Below are positions 53,007-62,536 of a DNA stretch of 64,000 bases, one piece after another. The notes under the pieces were generated by a model. The model ran no database searches. It saw only the letters and a program-made list of their open reading frames with translations, and was not told the origin of the DNA. Every line of letters starts with the position of its first letter. Positions within the stretch are counted from its first letter, which is position 1. Origin of the DNA: Escherichia phage vB_EcoM_SP13; the sequence record OP352608; one strand, 5' to 3'. Both the position numbers and the translations under genes were made by a program.

Positions 53007-53852
53007 TTATTCCGCTTGATCACCGTCTTCGGCATTGTCGTTGGATTCAACATCGACAAACTCGATGTGGCCCATCTCTTCCAGCTTGCTCAGGTAGGAG
53101 CGAACGGAAGCGCCAAACAGTTGATCTTTAACTTTTTCGCCCAGCTCATCGATAGACTGCGCCACGCCAACTTCGCCTTCTTTGATCGCCGCCAGAACGC
53201 GTCCACGGGTGGAATGCTCTTGCGGCTGGCTCAGGCCATTGCCGGTGTAGATGAAGTGAGTGGCTTTTGCACGACGCTGACCGTTTGCCTTTTTAGCAGC
53301 CTTGCGCTCTGCGATGGCTTTGCGACGTTCTTCAGCTTCTTTCTTACGCTGTTCTTTCTGCTGTTCTGCAGCTTCTTTAGCCGCAATCTTAGCAGCTTCA
53401 CGCTCTGCCTTGCGTTTCGCTTTAGCTTCTTCTTTGGCCTTCTCTTTTTCGGCCTTCGCTGCAGCACGGGCTTGATCACGCTCTGCTTTCTTGGCCGCAG
53501 CCTGCTCAGCTTTCAGGCGCTTGGCTTCTTCTTTAGCCTTTGCCTTTTCGATTTCTTTTGCTGCTTTAGCGGCTTCACGCTCTGCTTTCTTAGCAGCAGC
53601 CTTTTCTGCACGCTCTTTAGCTTTCTTAGCTGCTTCTTCAGCACGCTTCTGCGCCTTCTCATCAGCAGCCTGCTTGCGTTTCAGCGCAGCTTCTTCACGC
53701 TTGGCTTGTTTTTCCTGCTCACGCTTCTGGCGCTTCTCTTCGGCTTCTTTCTTTTTAGCCAGGCGTTTTTCTTCAGCCACGCGACGACGTTCTGCTGCGG
53801 CTGCTTGTTTTTCTTCTTTAGATAATACTTTGATTGCTTCGGCCATATTCAC
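53007..53852 (-). CDS. Lys/Ala/Glu-rich low-complexity protein with a globular C-terminal domain
   Basis: About 200 aa of KAEEAAKKAKERAEK-type repeats (TolA-, histone-H1- or IF2-like composition) followed by an 80-aa non-repetitive tail. Confidence 0.6.
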   Translation of the reverse strand: MNMAEAIKVLSKEEKQAAAAERRRVAEEKRLAKKKEAEEKRQKREQEKQAKREEAALKRKQAADEKAQKRAEEAAKKAKERAEKAAAKKAEREAAKAAKEIEKAKAKEEAKRLKAEQAAAKKAERDQARAAAKAEKEKAKEEAKAKRKAEREAAKIAAKEAAEQQKEQRKKEAEERRKAIAERKAAKKANGQRRAKATHFIYTGNGLSQPQEHSTRGRVLAAIKEGEVGVAQSIDELGEKVKDQLFGASVRSYLSKLEEMGHIEFVDVESNDNAEDGDQAE

Positions 53853-54005
53853 AGTCCTTAAATAAATTAGTTTATTTTATATTCCCCGTTTGGGATAACT
53901 TAATTATGCCTTCAGTTGCCGCCAGTAGCAACTAAAAACTATGGCGGCAATGCCACTTTAATTAAACTGATTTTCAGTTTTATTTTTCGTAAATTTACGT
54001 CAACA

Positions 54006-55190
54006 TTAACGCGCTTTCAAATCACGGTACACGGTCAGATTCTTCTTAGCACGGGTGATAGCGGTGTACATCATCTTGGAGTACGGAACGCCGCGCAAGA
54101 TTTCTTCCAGCACGCACACATTATCCCACTCGCTGCCTTGCGATTTGTGCACCGTGATGACATAGCCATAGTCCATCCCGCCAACAGCGCGTTGCGCTTC
54201 TTTGCGCACTTCCTGATCAGTAGAGAAGGAAAGAGGATTGATCTTCACCTTTATATCTTTACCATCAGTTAATGAACGCAAGTTGACATACATTATTTCA
54301 TTCGACTCATCTTCATCCCTTTCAAAGTCCGGCACTGGCTCATAGCTAATAACAATCCCTTGCTCGCCATTACAGAATCCTGGACCGTGTTGGTTGAATG
54401 TGCAAATAACCTTCTCGCCGATTCCTGGCATTGGCGTTATACGTCCGCTCACTTGCCGTAATAATGAATTCCATTTATCTTTGGTGCTATTATAGGAGCA
54501 AATAATTTGATCATCTTCGCCCATGAATTTCTTCAATGCAGTAACGCGCGGCGATTCTGCCAATACTTTGACGTCATCGTATTCACGCGGGGGAAGGCGG
54601 TTGCCTTGGCGCACGAAGAAGGAGGCGCGGATTATATTGGACTCTTTCCCTTGCCGCATGATTTCGGTTAACAGCACGTCAACGGCATCTTCAGTAAAGT
54701 AGGCGGCGGCTTTTACCGGAGGGACTTGTCCAATGTCGCCTAATGCCAGGACAGGGATGCGGTGATCAAGAAGGCGCTCTGTGTCCCACTCGCCAACCAT
54801 CGACGCTTCATCGAGTACAACAAGGTGCGGCCTTTCATCCAGCTTTGACTTTCTCGAAAAGATTGGCTCATTGTCGTCATTTACGCCGCGCACGTTATAG
54901 ATGAACTGGTGAAGGGTCTTAGCGCCACGACAGCCTTTTTGCTTTAATCGGCTTGCAGCCTTTCCGGTCGGCGCAATATAGATAGCTCCATACTCACCGA
55001 CACAACGGCGCACAATCTCGCGAGCAATAGAGGTTTTACCAGTCCCTGCATAGCCAGCGATGAAAAACACGCGCTTCGTCGTTTTACCGTCCTGCAATCG
55101 CTTGTACCATGCAACGGCTTTCTCGATGGCGTCGATTTGTTGCGCGTTAAACTGAATCACTGGCTCATCATTAAATTCTGGAATGTTCAT
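54006..55190 (-). CDS. Dda/RecD-like SF1 DNA helicase
   Basis: Walker A AGYAGTGKTS, Walker B VVLDEASMV, and the C-terminal VITVHKSQGSEWDNV motif typical of RecD/Dda/Pif1 helicases. Confidence 0.8.
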   Translation of the reverse strand: MNIPEFNDEPVIQFNAQQIDAIEKAVAWYKRLQDGKTTKRVFFIAGYAGTGKTSIAREIVRRCVGEYGAIYIAPTGKAASRLKQKGCRGAKTLHQFIYNVRGVNDDNEPIFSRKSKLDERPHLVVLDEASMVGEWDTERLLDHRIPVLALGDIGQVPPVKAAAYFTEDAVDVLLTEIMRQGKESNIIRASFFVRQGNRLPPREYDDVKVLAESPRVTALKKFMGEDDQIICSYNSTKDKWNSLLRQVSGRITPMPGIGEKVICTFNQHGPGFCNGEQGIVISYEPVPDFERDEDESNEIMYVNLRSLTDGKDIKVKINPLSFSTDQEVRKEAQRAVGGMDYGYVITVHKSQGSEWDNVCVLEEILRGVPYSKMMYTAITRAKKNLTVYRDLKAR

Positions 55191-55516
55191 TATAACTCCA
55201 CTACGCTTTCAAGGTCCAGATATACTGGAATAAAATGGCAATCTTCTTTTCGTTCAAACATCTCACCATCAACATGGCTGAAGAAAACAGTTGTGTTTGG
55301 TATCTTCCATCCTTTCTCGTCGCGCACTAAGTACGCCATGGATTCAACAGGGATGTACAGCGATACCGGATTTGCGGCAAAAATAAATTTGATTCTGTCT
55401 GGTTGGCCCAGAAATCGCATGATTGTTAGGCTTGAATTCAATCTTGTATTAAGGAAGGACTCAACGATTCCGACGTGTGTTGCACGTTCGCGTTGCTTCG
55501 TCTCTTTTTCGTTCAT
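55190..55516 (-). CDS. hypothetical protein (108 aa), first gene of the minus-strand unit
   Basis: ORF; 1-nt overlap with the helicase gene. Confidence 0.55.
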   Translation of the reverse strand: MNEKETKQRERATHVGIVESFLNTRLNSSLTIMRFLGQPDRIKFIFAANPVSLYIPVESMAYLVRDEKGWKIPNTTVFFSHVDGEMFERKEDCHFIPVYLDLESVVEL

Positions 55517-55554
55517 TTCAGGCGACCTTTGTTAGTGCGGAAATATTTTCTGAT

Positions 55555-55583
55555 AGTATAATTGCAGATATAGTATAAAGCAA
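55555..55583 (-). promoter_or_regulatory. sigma70-like promoter for the minus-strand replication unit
   Basis: On the minus strand: -35 TTGCTT, 17 nt, -10 TATACT; divergent from the primase promoter. Confidence 0.45.
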
Positions 55584-55619
55584 AGTAAATCGAAATTGTG
55601 AACTAAATGGTAAATATTG

Positions 55620-55647
55620 TTGACTTTGTATCACTCAATATTATACT
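55620..55647 (+). promoter_or_regulatory. sigma70-like promoter for the primase unit
   Basis: -35 TTGACT, 16-nt spacer, -10 TATACT, then AAAGGAAAGAAAG RBS and ATG 55677. Confidence 0.55.
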
Positions 55648-55676
55648 GCAGGTATTGATCACCAAAGGAAAGAAAG

Positions 55677-56759
55677 ATGGCTAGTTTAAGAGAAGAAGCA
55701 AAAATAATTGAAGAGTTTTTAACAGAACTCCAGAGAGGCATCCCAGAAGATGAGCGCGTCATGACGGTGTTTGCTCCTGAAGCAACGGTGCAGACTGACG
55801 AGCGCGGAAAGAAGATTAACAGCAGCTTCTGGCCTAAGCCTTGGAAGTTGGGCAAGCCGCTCATGCAGCACCAAAACGGCTATGCTTGCATCAGTTCAAT
55901 GCGTAAGTCTCCCAACCCAAAGACGGGTGAGATGCGATACTGGCGTACAGAGTCGGCCTTTGGTCACGGTATGGCGATGATGGTCGACGACATCGGTCAC
56001 GGTAAAGGGTCCAAAGGCGATTTAGATTTGGAATTCTTTTTTGAGCGACTGAAGCCGACTGTCATCGTCGAGACTTCACCGAACAACCACCAGCTTTGGT
56101 ACTTCTTTAAAGAACCGATTGACCATCTTATTCAGTTCAAAGCGTTCCTTGGGTCTTTCGTTAACATGGTACTCAAGAAGGGCGGCGACAACACGATTAA
56201 AGACGTAACGCGCGTGGGCCGTGTTCCTGGGTGCATCAATAACAAGCGTGTGACTCACGACGGCCCCTATAAATATGTCGATGAGAACGGCGACCCGTTC
56301 CGCTGCCGACTTGTCCATGCAGACTACTCCTTGCGCTACACCATCGAAGACATTTGTCACGCATTTGGCTTTCACGTCGTCATGCCGCAAAAGCGTGAGA
56401 TTCAAATTGACGTCGATGAATACAAGTATGATGCCGTTTGGTATAAAATAGCCCAGCAGATTCTGGCGCGCAACAAGATGGGTGAAGGGTCTGATGGCGA
56501 CGTCATCGAGAATATGTCAGGCAAGTGCCGCATAATCTGTCCTTGGGGTGAAGAGCACACCAACGGCGACCCGTATGGCGCGTACTTTCGCGGCCCTATC
56601 CCTGGTGCAGAACATGAATTTGTGTTCGGTTGCGCCCACGACTGTCACCGGAAAGGGGAAGGCAAGAAAGGTTGGACTGCTTTTGTTGAAGCAATCGTCA
56701 TGCCTTATATTGAGAATCAACTTGACATGATAAATCGTCGTGCAGGTGGCATAAAATAG
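55677..56759 (+). CDS. DNA primase, archaeo-eukaryotic (AEP / prim-pol) type, with C-terminal zinc-binding region
   Basis: AMMVDDIGHG, ETSPNNHQLWYFF (S-x-x-H-x-W motif) and VGRVPGCINNK segments resemble AEP motifs I-III; C-terminal CPWGEEH ... CAHDCH. Confidence 0.6.
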   Translation: MASLREEAKIIEEFLTELQRGIPEDERVMTVFAPEATVQTDERGKKINSSFWPKPWKLGKPLMQHQNGYACISSMRKSPNPKTGEMRYWRTESAFGHGMAMMVDDIGHGKGSKGDLDLEFFFERLKPTVIVETSPNNHQLWYFFKEPIDHLIQFKAFLGSFVNMVLKKGGDNTIKDVTRVGRVPGCINNKRVTHDGPYKYVDENGDPFRCRLVHADYSLRYTIEDICHAFGFHVVMPQKREIQIDVDEYKYDAVWYKIAQQILARNKMGEGSDGDVIENMSGKCRIICPWGEEHTNGDPYGAYFRGPIPGAEHEFVFGCAHDCHRKGEGKKGWTAFVEAIVMPYIENQLDMINRRAGGIK

Positions 56760-56817
56760 TTTGCTTTTATTTTCATAGCAACTATAATCATTTTATGAAC
56801 TGAAGCAGAGGTGATTT

Positions 56818-56964
56818 ATGCAAAGCGAAGAATTGAACATCGAGGTTGAAGGACTGTTAAAGTCGTTAGAACCTAAACCAGTAGAGCTTCCGACCCTTCA
56901 AGGCGTCATGGCTCACCATCAATCGGCTGCGGCCCAACACTACTCTGAATTTGTTAAGGAATAA
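56818..56964 (+). CDS. 48-aa hypothetical protein
   Basis: Not in the ORF track; GCAGAGGTGA RBS 6 nt before the ATG. Confidence 0.4.
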   Translation: MQSEELNIEVEGLLKSLEPKPVELPTLQGVMAHHQSAAAQHYSEFVKE

Positions 56965-56966
56965 AA

Positions 56967-57257
56967 ATGAACGAACCAAAAATGATGACCGTTGAAGAAG
57001 CACAAAAGCTTCGTGTTGAAAACGAGCTTAAGCTTGTCAACCAGATTCTTCCTTTGTTTGCAGGCTACGCAGTGGAGGAAGTTGTTGGGGCAATCCTTAA
57101 CGTATCCACGCATGTCGCTATGAATCTTCAGGCCGAGCGATTCAACACACTGCTGACTATTAAAGACCTTACCGTCAGCGCAACGTTCACTGTTGAGCCA
57201 GTCAATTTTGACGAAGCTTCAGCCGCGATTCAACAGCAAAGAGATCAAGAGGTGTAG
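56967..57257 (+). CDS. hypothetical protein (96 aa)
   Basis: ORF with AAGGAA RBS. Confidence 0.55.
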   Translation: MNEPKMMTVEEAQKLRVENELKLVNQILPLFAGYAVEEVVGAILNVSTHVAMNLQAERFNTLLTIKDLTVSATFTVEPVNFDEASAAIQQQRDQEV

Positions 57258-57258
57258 C

Positions 57259-57522
57259 ATGGGCGCTTTCCGTAACGAGTTCACCTGGAACGTTACCAGC
57301 AATCTCTCGACTTGTCCTAACTGTGCAAGCGATGTTATCAAGGTGCGGCAGCATCGCAACGCGGAGGAAGGTGCCTGGGAAGATGGCGACCTTGTAGAGT
57401 GCCAGTGCTGCTCTCATGAAGGTGTTGTTGAGCTTCAAGCTGGTGAAGGTTGCCCACCAGCAGAGCGCACAGCACGCGTTGAATGGGATGCAACAGACTC
57501 CATTGGTGATCCTCAACAGTAA
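57259..57522 (+). CDS. small zinc-ribbon protein
   Basis: ORF 57193..57522 trimmed to ATG 57259 after AAGAGGTG; CPNCAS and CQCCSHEG cysteine clusters. Confidence 0.5.
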   Translation: MGAFRNEFTWNVTSNLSTCPNCASDVIKVRQHRNAEEGAWEDGDLVECQCCSHEGVVELQAGEGCPPAERTARVEWDATDSIGDPQQ

Positions 57523-57540
57523 ATTTAGGTATAGATACTT

Positions 57541-57645
57541 ATGAAAGCCGTAAAGAAATACACATTAATCATTTCCCTTGTCATCATCCTGGGGCTATTA
57601 TATGTATTGGATATGGCATATTATTTGGCAGGGGTGAGTGGATGA
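57541..57645 (+). CDS. 34-aa hydrophobic membrane peptide
   Basis: MKAVKKYTLIISLVIILGLLYVLDMAYYLAGVSG; stop overlaps the start of the next gene (ATGA). Confidence 0.35.
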   Translation: MKAVKKYTLIISLVIILGLLYVLDMAYYLAGVSG

Positions 57646-57932
57646 ATATTGTAATTCTTTATGGTGAAAATATCAGCGATGACGACATCGAAGTTGCCGT
57701 TGATGTTTACGGTATCGATGAGGTGAAACGTGTTGAAGAAATTAGTGGCGCAAATCTCAATGAGATTGTCAAAGAAGCTTGCTGCCCTTCGGAAGAGATT
57801 CTGGTGGTTACTAACGATGACCTGTCTTCTATGGATCATTTGCGCCGCATCTTCACCGATTGCCAATACCTTCATGCTGTTCAATCAGTAAACAAATTGA
57901 GAAAGGCATACGCCAACCAATTTCCTTGCTGA
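57642..57932 (+). CDS. hypothetical acidic protein (96 aa)
   Basis: ORF. Confidence 0.5.
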   Translation: MNIVILYGENISDDDIEVAVDVYGIDEVKRVEEISGANLNEIVKEACCPSEEILVVTNDDLSSMDHLRRIFTDCQYLHAVQSVNKLRKAYANQFPC

Positions 57933-58068
57933 TAGTTCACCAGTTATATTGCTTTAAATTGAGTTTTACTATATTAATATACAACGCCAGATTTCTGGCG
58001 TTTATTTACCGCACCCTGAAAGGATATATCCATGCAACAATATAACAAAGCCGTATCAGGAGGATTAA

Positions 58069-59739
58069 ATGTCAATTAATAATGACAATCTTCCAGAGGA
58101 TACAGGTGATGAATTTGGTGCAATCTTTGACGAAATTCAAGATGCAGGCGTTTCGGAAGAAATGCAGGCAGCAGAGCAGCAAGGCACCAGAGCTAAAATC
58201 AGCCTTCAACATAAAGCCGTTGAAAAAGATTCAGAGCGCATGGAATGCTACGGTGAAGAAGACTTGGTTGAAAGAGCACGCTTGCTCGCCTCACTTCAGG
58301 TAATCAAGTTCCCTCACTACAAGCCGACCAAAGATGACTTCGTTCTACAGGCAGACCGGACGAGTGACATGAACCGTTATGCGGTTTTCGACGCGTTGTT
58401 TGATAAGGGAAGTGGCGTTGTTCCATTCCCTCACAAAGATACTTTTCGTGGGCGCTTAGTCGACCATCGCGGCGAAACATTCACCGACCGTACTTTGGAA
58501 GTCACAGAGATAGTTGCCGCTGTCGACGCAGCAGGATTGTCCAACCCAAACTCACGTCAGGTCGCTCAATCCTATAAGGAATGGGCCATGCGTTATCAGC
58601 GCGACGACCTGATGGACTTCTTCTACAAGAAGCTGCCTGAATGGGACGGTACTGCGCGCATCGAGAAATACCTTATCGAGCTATTCCGACCGTTCGATAC
58701 AGAGTTAAACCGACAAATCGGTGTGTATTTTTGGCTATCGCTCTACAACCGCCTGACCAACCCTGGCTGTCAAGCGCCAATTTCTATCGCGCTCATCGGC
58801 GGCCAGAACGCAGGGAAGAGTTATTTTAGCAAGCTGCTTTGCGAAGCTATTATGAACGACCGCCACGCAACACCGATTCCGTTGAACTTAGCCGCGCAAA
58901 ACTTCAACCCGTTCTTGCGAGCTATTACGGGTCGCTCAATTATCGCGAACGTTGGCGAGATGACAGGCTTTAAAAAGGCCGACATCGAAAACATGAAAGC
59001 ATTCCTGACTAAGACGGAAGATGACCTGGACTTCAAATTTGAAGATACGCAGGTTAAACCACGCCAGTGGATTGCGATAATGGACGGCAACGAATACGCA
59101 GGTATGCAGCGTGATGACACGGGCAACCGTCGTGTGTATCCTATCTTTGTTGGCCAACTCGCCGACAAGGACGGGCAACCGAACTGGTCGAAAGACTTCC
59201 AAGCTGACCTTTCCACTTTGAAAGAAGACGTTTGGCAATTGATGGCTGAGTGCGCTGCTTGGATGGAGAAGCACGGCGAAGCAGGTTACAACGCGTTTGT
59301 TGGTGAAACATCTCGCATGCTCACTGAGTTTAGTAAGAACGAAATGGAACGTGCACGCGGCGTTATTCGTGATGAGATGGTTGACAACGACCTTGTTGAA
59401 GTCGTCATTACCGCGCCTTATGACCGACATCACAGCGGACGCTGGCACATAACCAGTGGTGCTATTGCTATGGGATTCAGAGCGAAGTGCGGCAAGTCGC
59501 CTTTCTCTCGTACCCTTGCGCCGCACATGTCGAAGCTTGGTTTTGAGCCTGCAACCTATCGCAACCAGCGCGGTTACTTTACGCCGCTGATTAAGAATGA
59601 AGCAGGAGAATACATTTCTGATTTGATGACCATCTTAGCGTATCTTATCCGCGATGAGTCTGACCCTGAAGATATTGAATTCTTGAAGAAGGTTATTGAG
59701 CGTAAACGTTCTTTGGGAAGAGATAAGGATGAATTCTGA
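58069..59739 (+). CDS. P-loop NTPase, VirE/D5-like primase-associated helicase candidate
   Basis: Walker A IALIGGQNAGKSYFSKLL; strong AGGAGG RBS; synteny with the AEP primase. Confidence 0.55.
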   Translation: MSINNDNLPEDTGDEFGAIFDEIQDAGVSEEMQAAEQQGTRAKISLQHKAVEKDSERMECYGEEDLVERARLLASLQVIKFPHYKPTKDDFVLQADRTSDMNRYAVFDALFDKGSGVVPFPHKDTFRGRLVDHRGETFTDRTLEVTEIVAAVDAAGLSNPNSRQVAQSYKEWAMRYQRDDLMDFFYKKLPEWDGTARIEKYLIELFRPFDTELNRQIGVYFWLSLYNRLTNPGCQAPISIALIGGQNAGKSYFSKLLCEAIMNDRHATPIPLNLAAQNFNPFLRAITGRSIIANVGEMTGFKKADIENMKAFLTKTEDDLDFKFEDTQVKPRQWIAIMDGNEYAGMQRDDTGNRRVYPIFVGQLADKDGQPNWSKDFQADLSTLKEDVWQLMAECAAWMEKHGEAGYNAFVGETSRMLTEFSKNEMERARGVIRDEMVDNDLVEVVITAPYDRHHSGRWHITSGAIAMGFRAKCGKSPFSRTLAPHMSKLGFEPATYRNQRGYFTPLIKNEAGEYISDLMTILAYLIRDESDPEDIEFLKKVIERKRSLGRDKDEF

Positions 59740-60386
59740 TGAATAAAGCAATCAACATCGCTAAATTCTTTCAACATCTTGGTGAACTGAACAAAGAAAG
59801 TGACGTTCACGGCGAAGAAATGAACCGGATGATTTCAACCGTGTTGCGTGGCTTTGGTTATGATAAGGACTCCATCACTTGCAAGCGTACAAAACTTGTC
59901 GATGAGTCTTATCTTTACTACGTAGAGCTGCGCATTGGTAAAGATGTAATGATTATTGACCCTAAACTGGAAGGGGCGCACTGTTTTGGCGCTCATCCTC
60001 GTGCGAGTGAATTCAAGGGTCGCGGTCGCAACCGAATCCAGAAGCTTGATGACGCAGGCGACTTGAACATTGCCATGTTCCTCAAAGAGTTCCTTGCGCT
60101 ACCGAAGGTTGCATCATCCACTGGCCGTGATGACCCTTGCAAGATTGGATTCAGAACTAAAGATTTGCGCAATGCGCTACGCAAGAAGGGATTTGTGCCT
60201 TCTTATGACAACGTCGCCGCGCTGATGGCTTCAATGGAGGAAGCTGAAGCGATGGACAAGGTGCGCGGCTATTTCCTGAATACAGGCTTCACCATGTATG
60301 AATGGCACACGAAGGGATTGACTGTCGCCGACTTCATCTATTCATTAGAGCAGAAGTATGTACGCAATATGCAGGCCACAGGATAA
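59739..60386 (+). CDS. hypothetical protein (215 aa)
   Basis: Start overlaps the upstream stop (TGATG). Confidence 0.55.
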   Translation: MNKAINIAKFFQHLGELNKESDVHGEEMNRMISTVLRGFGYDKDSITCKRTKLVDESYLYYVELRIGKDVMIIDPKLEGAHCFGAHPRASEFKGRGRNRIQKLDDAGDLNIAMFLKEFLALPKVASSTGRDDPCKIGFRTKDLRNALRKKGFVPSYDNVAALMASMEEAEAMDKVRGYFLNTGFTMYEWHTKGLTVADFIYSLEQKYVRNMQATG

Positions 60387-60425
60387 TTATCATCAAAATA
60401 TTTGCTTTTCTGACGAGGTGATATT

Positions 60426-60650
60426 ATGATTAATTTAGACAGGATTGAGTTAGCACTTAGTACCTTAATCAAATATTACCAGTTTGCTTTTAAGGCTAGT
60501 TTGTTTGGCTTGTTCAATCCTCATCAAGCAGCAAAGGCGAGAAGCAATGCCAACCGCCTGCGCTGCACTGGTATAGTTATCCACGACCGGATATTGACAG
60601 AGGGTAGATTCAGCCATGAATACACAGGGGAGAATAACAAATCAACGTAG
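60426..60650 (+). CDS. hypothetical small protein
   Basis: GAGGTGA RBS. Confidence 0.45.
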   Translation: MINLDRIELALSTLIKYYQFAFKASLFGLFNPHQAAKARSNANRLRCTGIVIHDRILTEGRFSHEYTGENNKST

Positions 60651-60825
60651 GGCTTTACAAGTCCTCATCCACTACCTGTCACGCCTTTATCCAACGGCGC
60701 ACGAGCAGAATCCAGCGACTGGTAATCTGTTTAAGCGCCGTAACCTTTCGTTAAAAACATTCGCTTTAATCCAATATGACCGCTACCTGGACGGGCGCTA
60801 CTGCGGCCCGAAGGATTCTCTATGA
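60616..60825 (+). CDS. hypothetical small basic protein
   Basis: ORF overlapping the previous one by 35 nt; either may be the real gene. Confidence 0.35.
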   Translation: MNTQGRITNQRRALQVLIHYLSRLYPTAHEQNPATGNLFKRRNLSLKTFALIQYDRYLDGRYCGPKDSL

Positions 60826-61100
60826 TTACTACATACAAAGTATTCTTTGTCAAGTGCACATCATCTATTGATGACCAATTTACTGCTGGCAAGAATTATC
60901 CCGTGATTTCTGAGTCAAAGCTAGATATAATCTTGAACGATCATGAAATCTATGAGCCGATGCCAGCGACTGCGTTTGATGTTATCGGTCACGTTCGGAT
61001 CAAGACGAATGTTGAGACGATGCATGACCCGTTGTTCAAGAAGCAAATCAAGAATGCCATGCAAGACTTTTGCGCGGCCATGTTTAAATATTATAAGTGA
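60822..61100 (+). CDS. hypothetical protein (92 aa)
   Basis: ORF with overlapping start. Confidence 0.5.
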   Translation: MITTYKVFFVKCTSSIDDQFTAGKNYPVISESKLDIILNDHEIYEPMPATAFDVIGHVRIKTNVETMHDPLFKKQIKNAMQDFCAAMFKYYK

Positions 61101-61107
61101 GTTGAAG

Positions 61108-61329
61108 ATGAGCAAGAAAACCCTTAAGGCTGGCGACCGTATCCGTTGGATGTCAGGACAGAATATGCGCGCAGGCACCATCCTTGAGCTGGACCAGTAC
61201 CTTACCGATTCACGCGGTCGCAATCATTACCGCGTTCGAATCGATACAGTAAAAGAAGATGACAAGTCACTGGTTGGTGAAGTCGTCATCGTAACTCCAC
61301 GTCAAATCAAGGCGGCTTGTGAAGCGTGA
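61108..61329 (+). CDS. hypothetical small protein (73 aa)
   Basis: ORF 60943..61329 trimmed to the ATG at 61108 after GAGTTGAAG. Confidence 0.5.
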   Translation: MSKKTLKAGDRIRWMSGQNMRAGTILELDQYLTDSRGRNHYRVRIDTVKEDDKSLVGEVVIVTPRQIKAACEA

Positions 61330-61481
61330 ATAAATATCAATTTAACGATAATAAAATCAGTAAGGCAGACGCAATCAAGCAGCTTCGTCGCGTACTTGAA
61401 GCCAGCGGTCACACGAAAGAGCGTGCACGCGTCCTGGCCAAAGAGCATTATAAACGTTTTGTGTCACAAATCAGAGGTTAA
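61326..61481 (+). CDS. 51-aa hypothetical protein (GTG start)
   Basis: Not in the ORF track; GTG overlapping the upstream stop fills the gap to the next gene. Confidence 0.3.
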   Translation: MNKYQFNDNKISKADAIKQLRRVLEASGHTKERARVLAKEHYKRFVSQIRG

Positions 61482-61483
61482 TT

Positions 61484-61966
61484 ATGATCATCCATCGCCC
61501 TTTAATGTTAAGTAAAACAGAAGCAGCAATTATTTTAGCGGCAGCAAGTCAATGTAACGTTCCAATTCCATTAAGGATGAAAATAAATAAATTCATCGAC
61601 AGCGAGTTTGCAGATGTTGAGTCATTCGATATTTTACCGCCAACCAAAAGGCATGTTGAAAGACTTGTACATCACCAATCACGTTGCGCAAAAGTTCCTA
61701 TTCAAACTTATGTTGATAAAAAGCCGCGCCTTAAACCTGTTCCGGCTGATAAGATAGAAGTTGGTGACGTTATTGTTTGCGTATATTACGGCAGTCAGAT
61801 TTTCAATGCTGTTGTAGTAAGGCGATACAGCATGAACGGTTGCCAATACATGGAAGTGACGAACGCAAAGAAAGAACCTGGCAGCTTGAACGTGGCTTAC
61901 GCATTAAGGGAATTCAGCAGTCCTTCTTGCACTCTTTATAAGGTACTCGACCATGGCTCATGTTAA
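61484..61966 (+). CDS. hypothetical protein (160 aa)
   Basis: CAGAGGT RBS. Confidence 0.55.
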   Translation: MIIHRPLMLSKTEAAIILAAASQCNVPIPLRMKINKFIDSEFADVESFDILPPTKRHVERLVHHQSRCAKVPIQTYVDKKPRLKPVPADKIEVGDVIVCVYYGSQIFNAVVVRRYSMNGCQYMEVTNAKKEPGSLNVAYALREFSSPSCTLYKVLDHGSC

Positions 61967-62300
61967 AGACGAAGTGTTGTTTGGCGCAGAGATTAAGAAA
62001 CGTGTCAGAGAAATGGCAGGAGAAGAAAGAGTGAAGTCGCTGCGAAAAGGTTTTGATCACATCAATGGTGTATCCGGCACGAAGGAGATGGGCGTGTTGG
62101 TAAAAGACATTCGCATTGGCGATGTCATGGTCATCGACCGACAAGCACGAGTCGTTATCCAGGTGCAACCGAACGATGATGAAGGATGTGTCCTATTGAA
62201 GCTGAAGAAGCTTTCATCCAGCCCAGCAAAAGCCGTCATCAAGAAGGTCTGGCCCGAAGGATTACGCAAACTCATTCGTCGACCCGTGGAGAATGTATAA
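61953..62300 (+). CDS. hypothetical protein (115 aa)
   Basis: ORF with overlapping start. Confidence 0.5.
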   Translation: MAHVKDEVLFGAEIKKRVREMAGEERVKSLRKGFDHINGVSGTKEMGVLVKDIRIGDVMVIDRQARVVIQVQPNDDEGCVLLKLKKLSSSPAKAVIKKVWPEGLRKLIRRPVENV

Positions 62301-62536
62301 TGGAAGATTATATCAATGCGATGTACATGGCATTCTATGTCGTGCAACTTCCCAATGGCGCGGTATTTTATGGCGAGTATACCTTTGACGTTCAATATGA
62401 CGTTTCAGAGCGTACAGTGTTAACAAGGGAGTTGATTGCGGACCTTAAGGACGACATAAAACGCGTCGCGCGGCAGCAGTTCAATTTGGATGACACCGTC
62501 ATCGTTCGAATTACCGGAATAACAGAGGTGCAGTGA
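62300..62536 (+). CDS. hypothetical small protein (78 aa)
   Basis: ORF 62186..62536 trimmed to the ATG overlapping the upstream stop (TAATG). Confidence 0.45.
   Translation: MEDYINAMYMAFYVVQLPNGAVFYGEYTFDVQYDVSERTVLTRELIADLKDDIKRVARQQFNLDDTVIVRITGITEVQ

Noticed and set aside
53016-53825. 269-aa plus-strand ORF antisense to the Lys/Ala/Glu-rich gene
   Set aside because: Translation is an implausible Phe/Leu/Ser/Cys-rich low-complexity string created by the complement of the GCN/AAR repeats; the minus-strand frame has the RBS and terminator context
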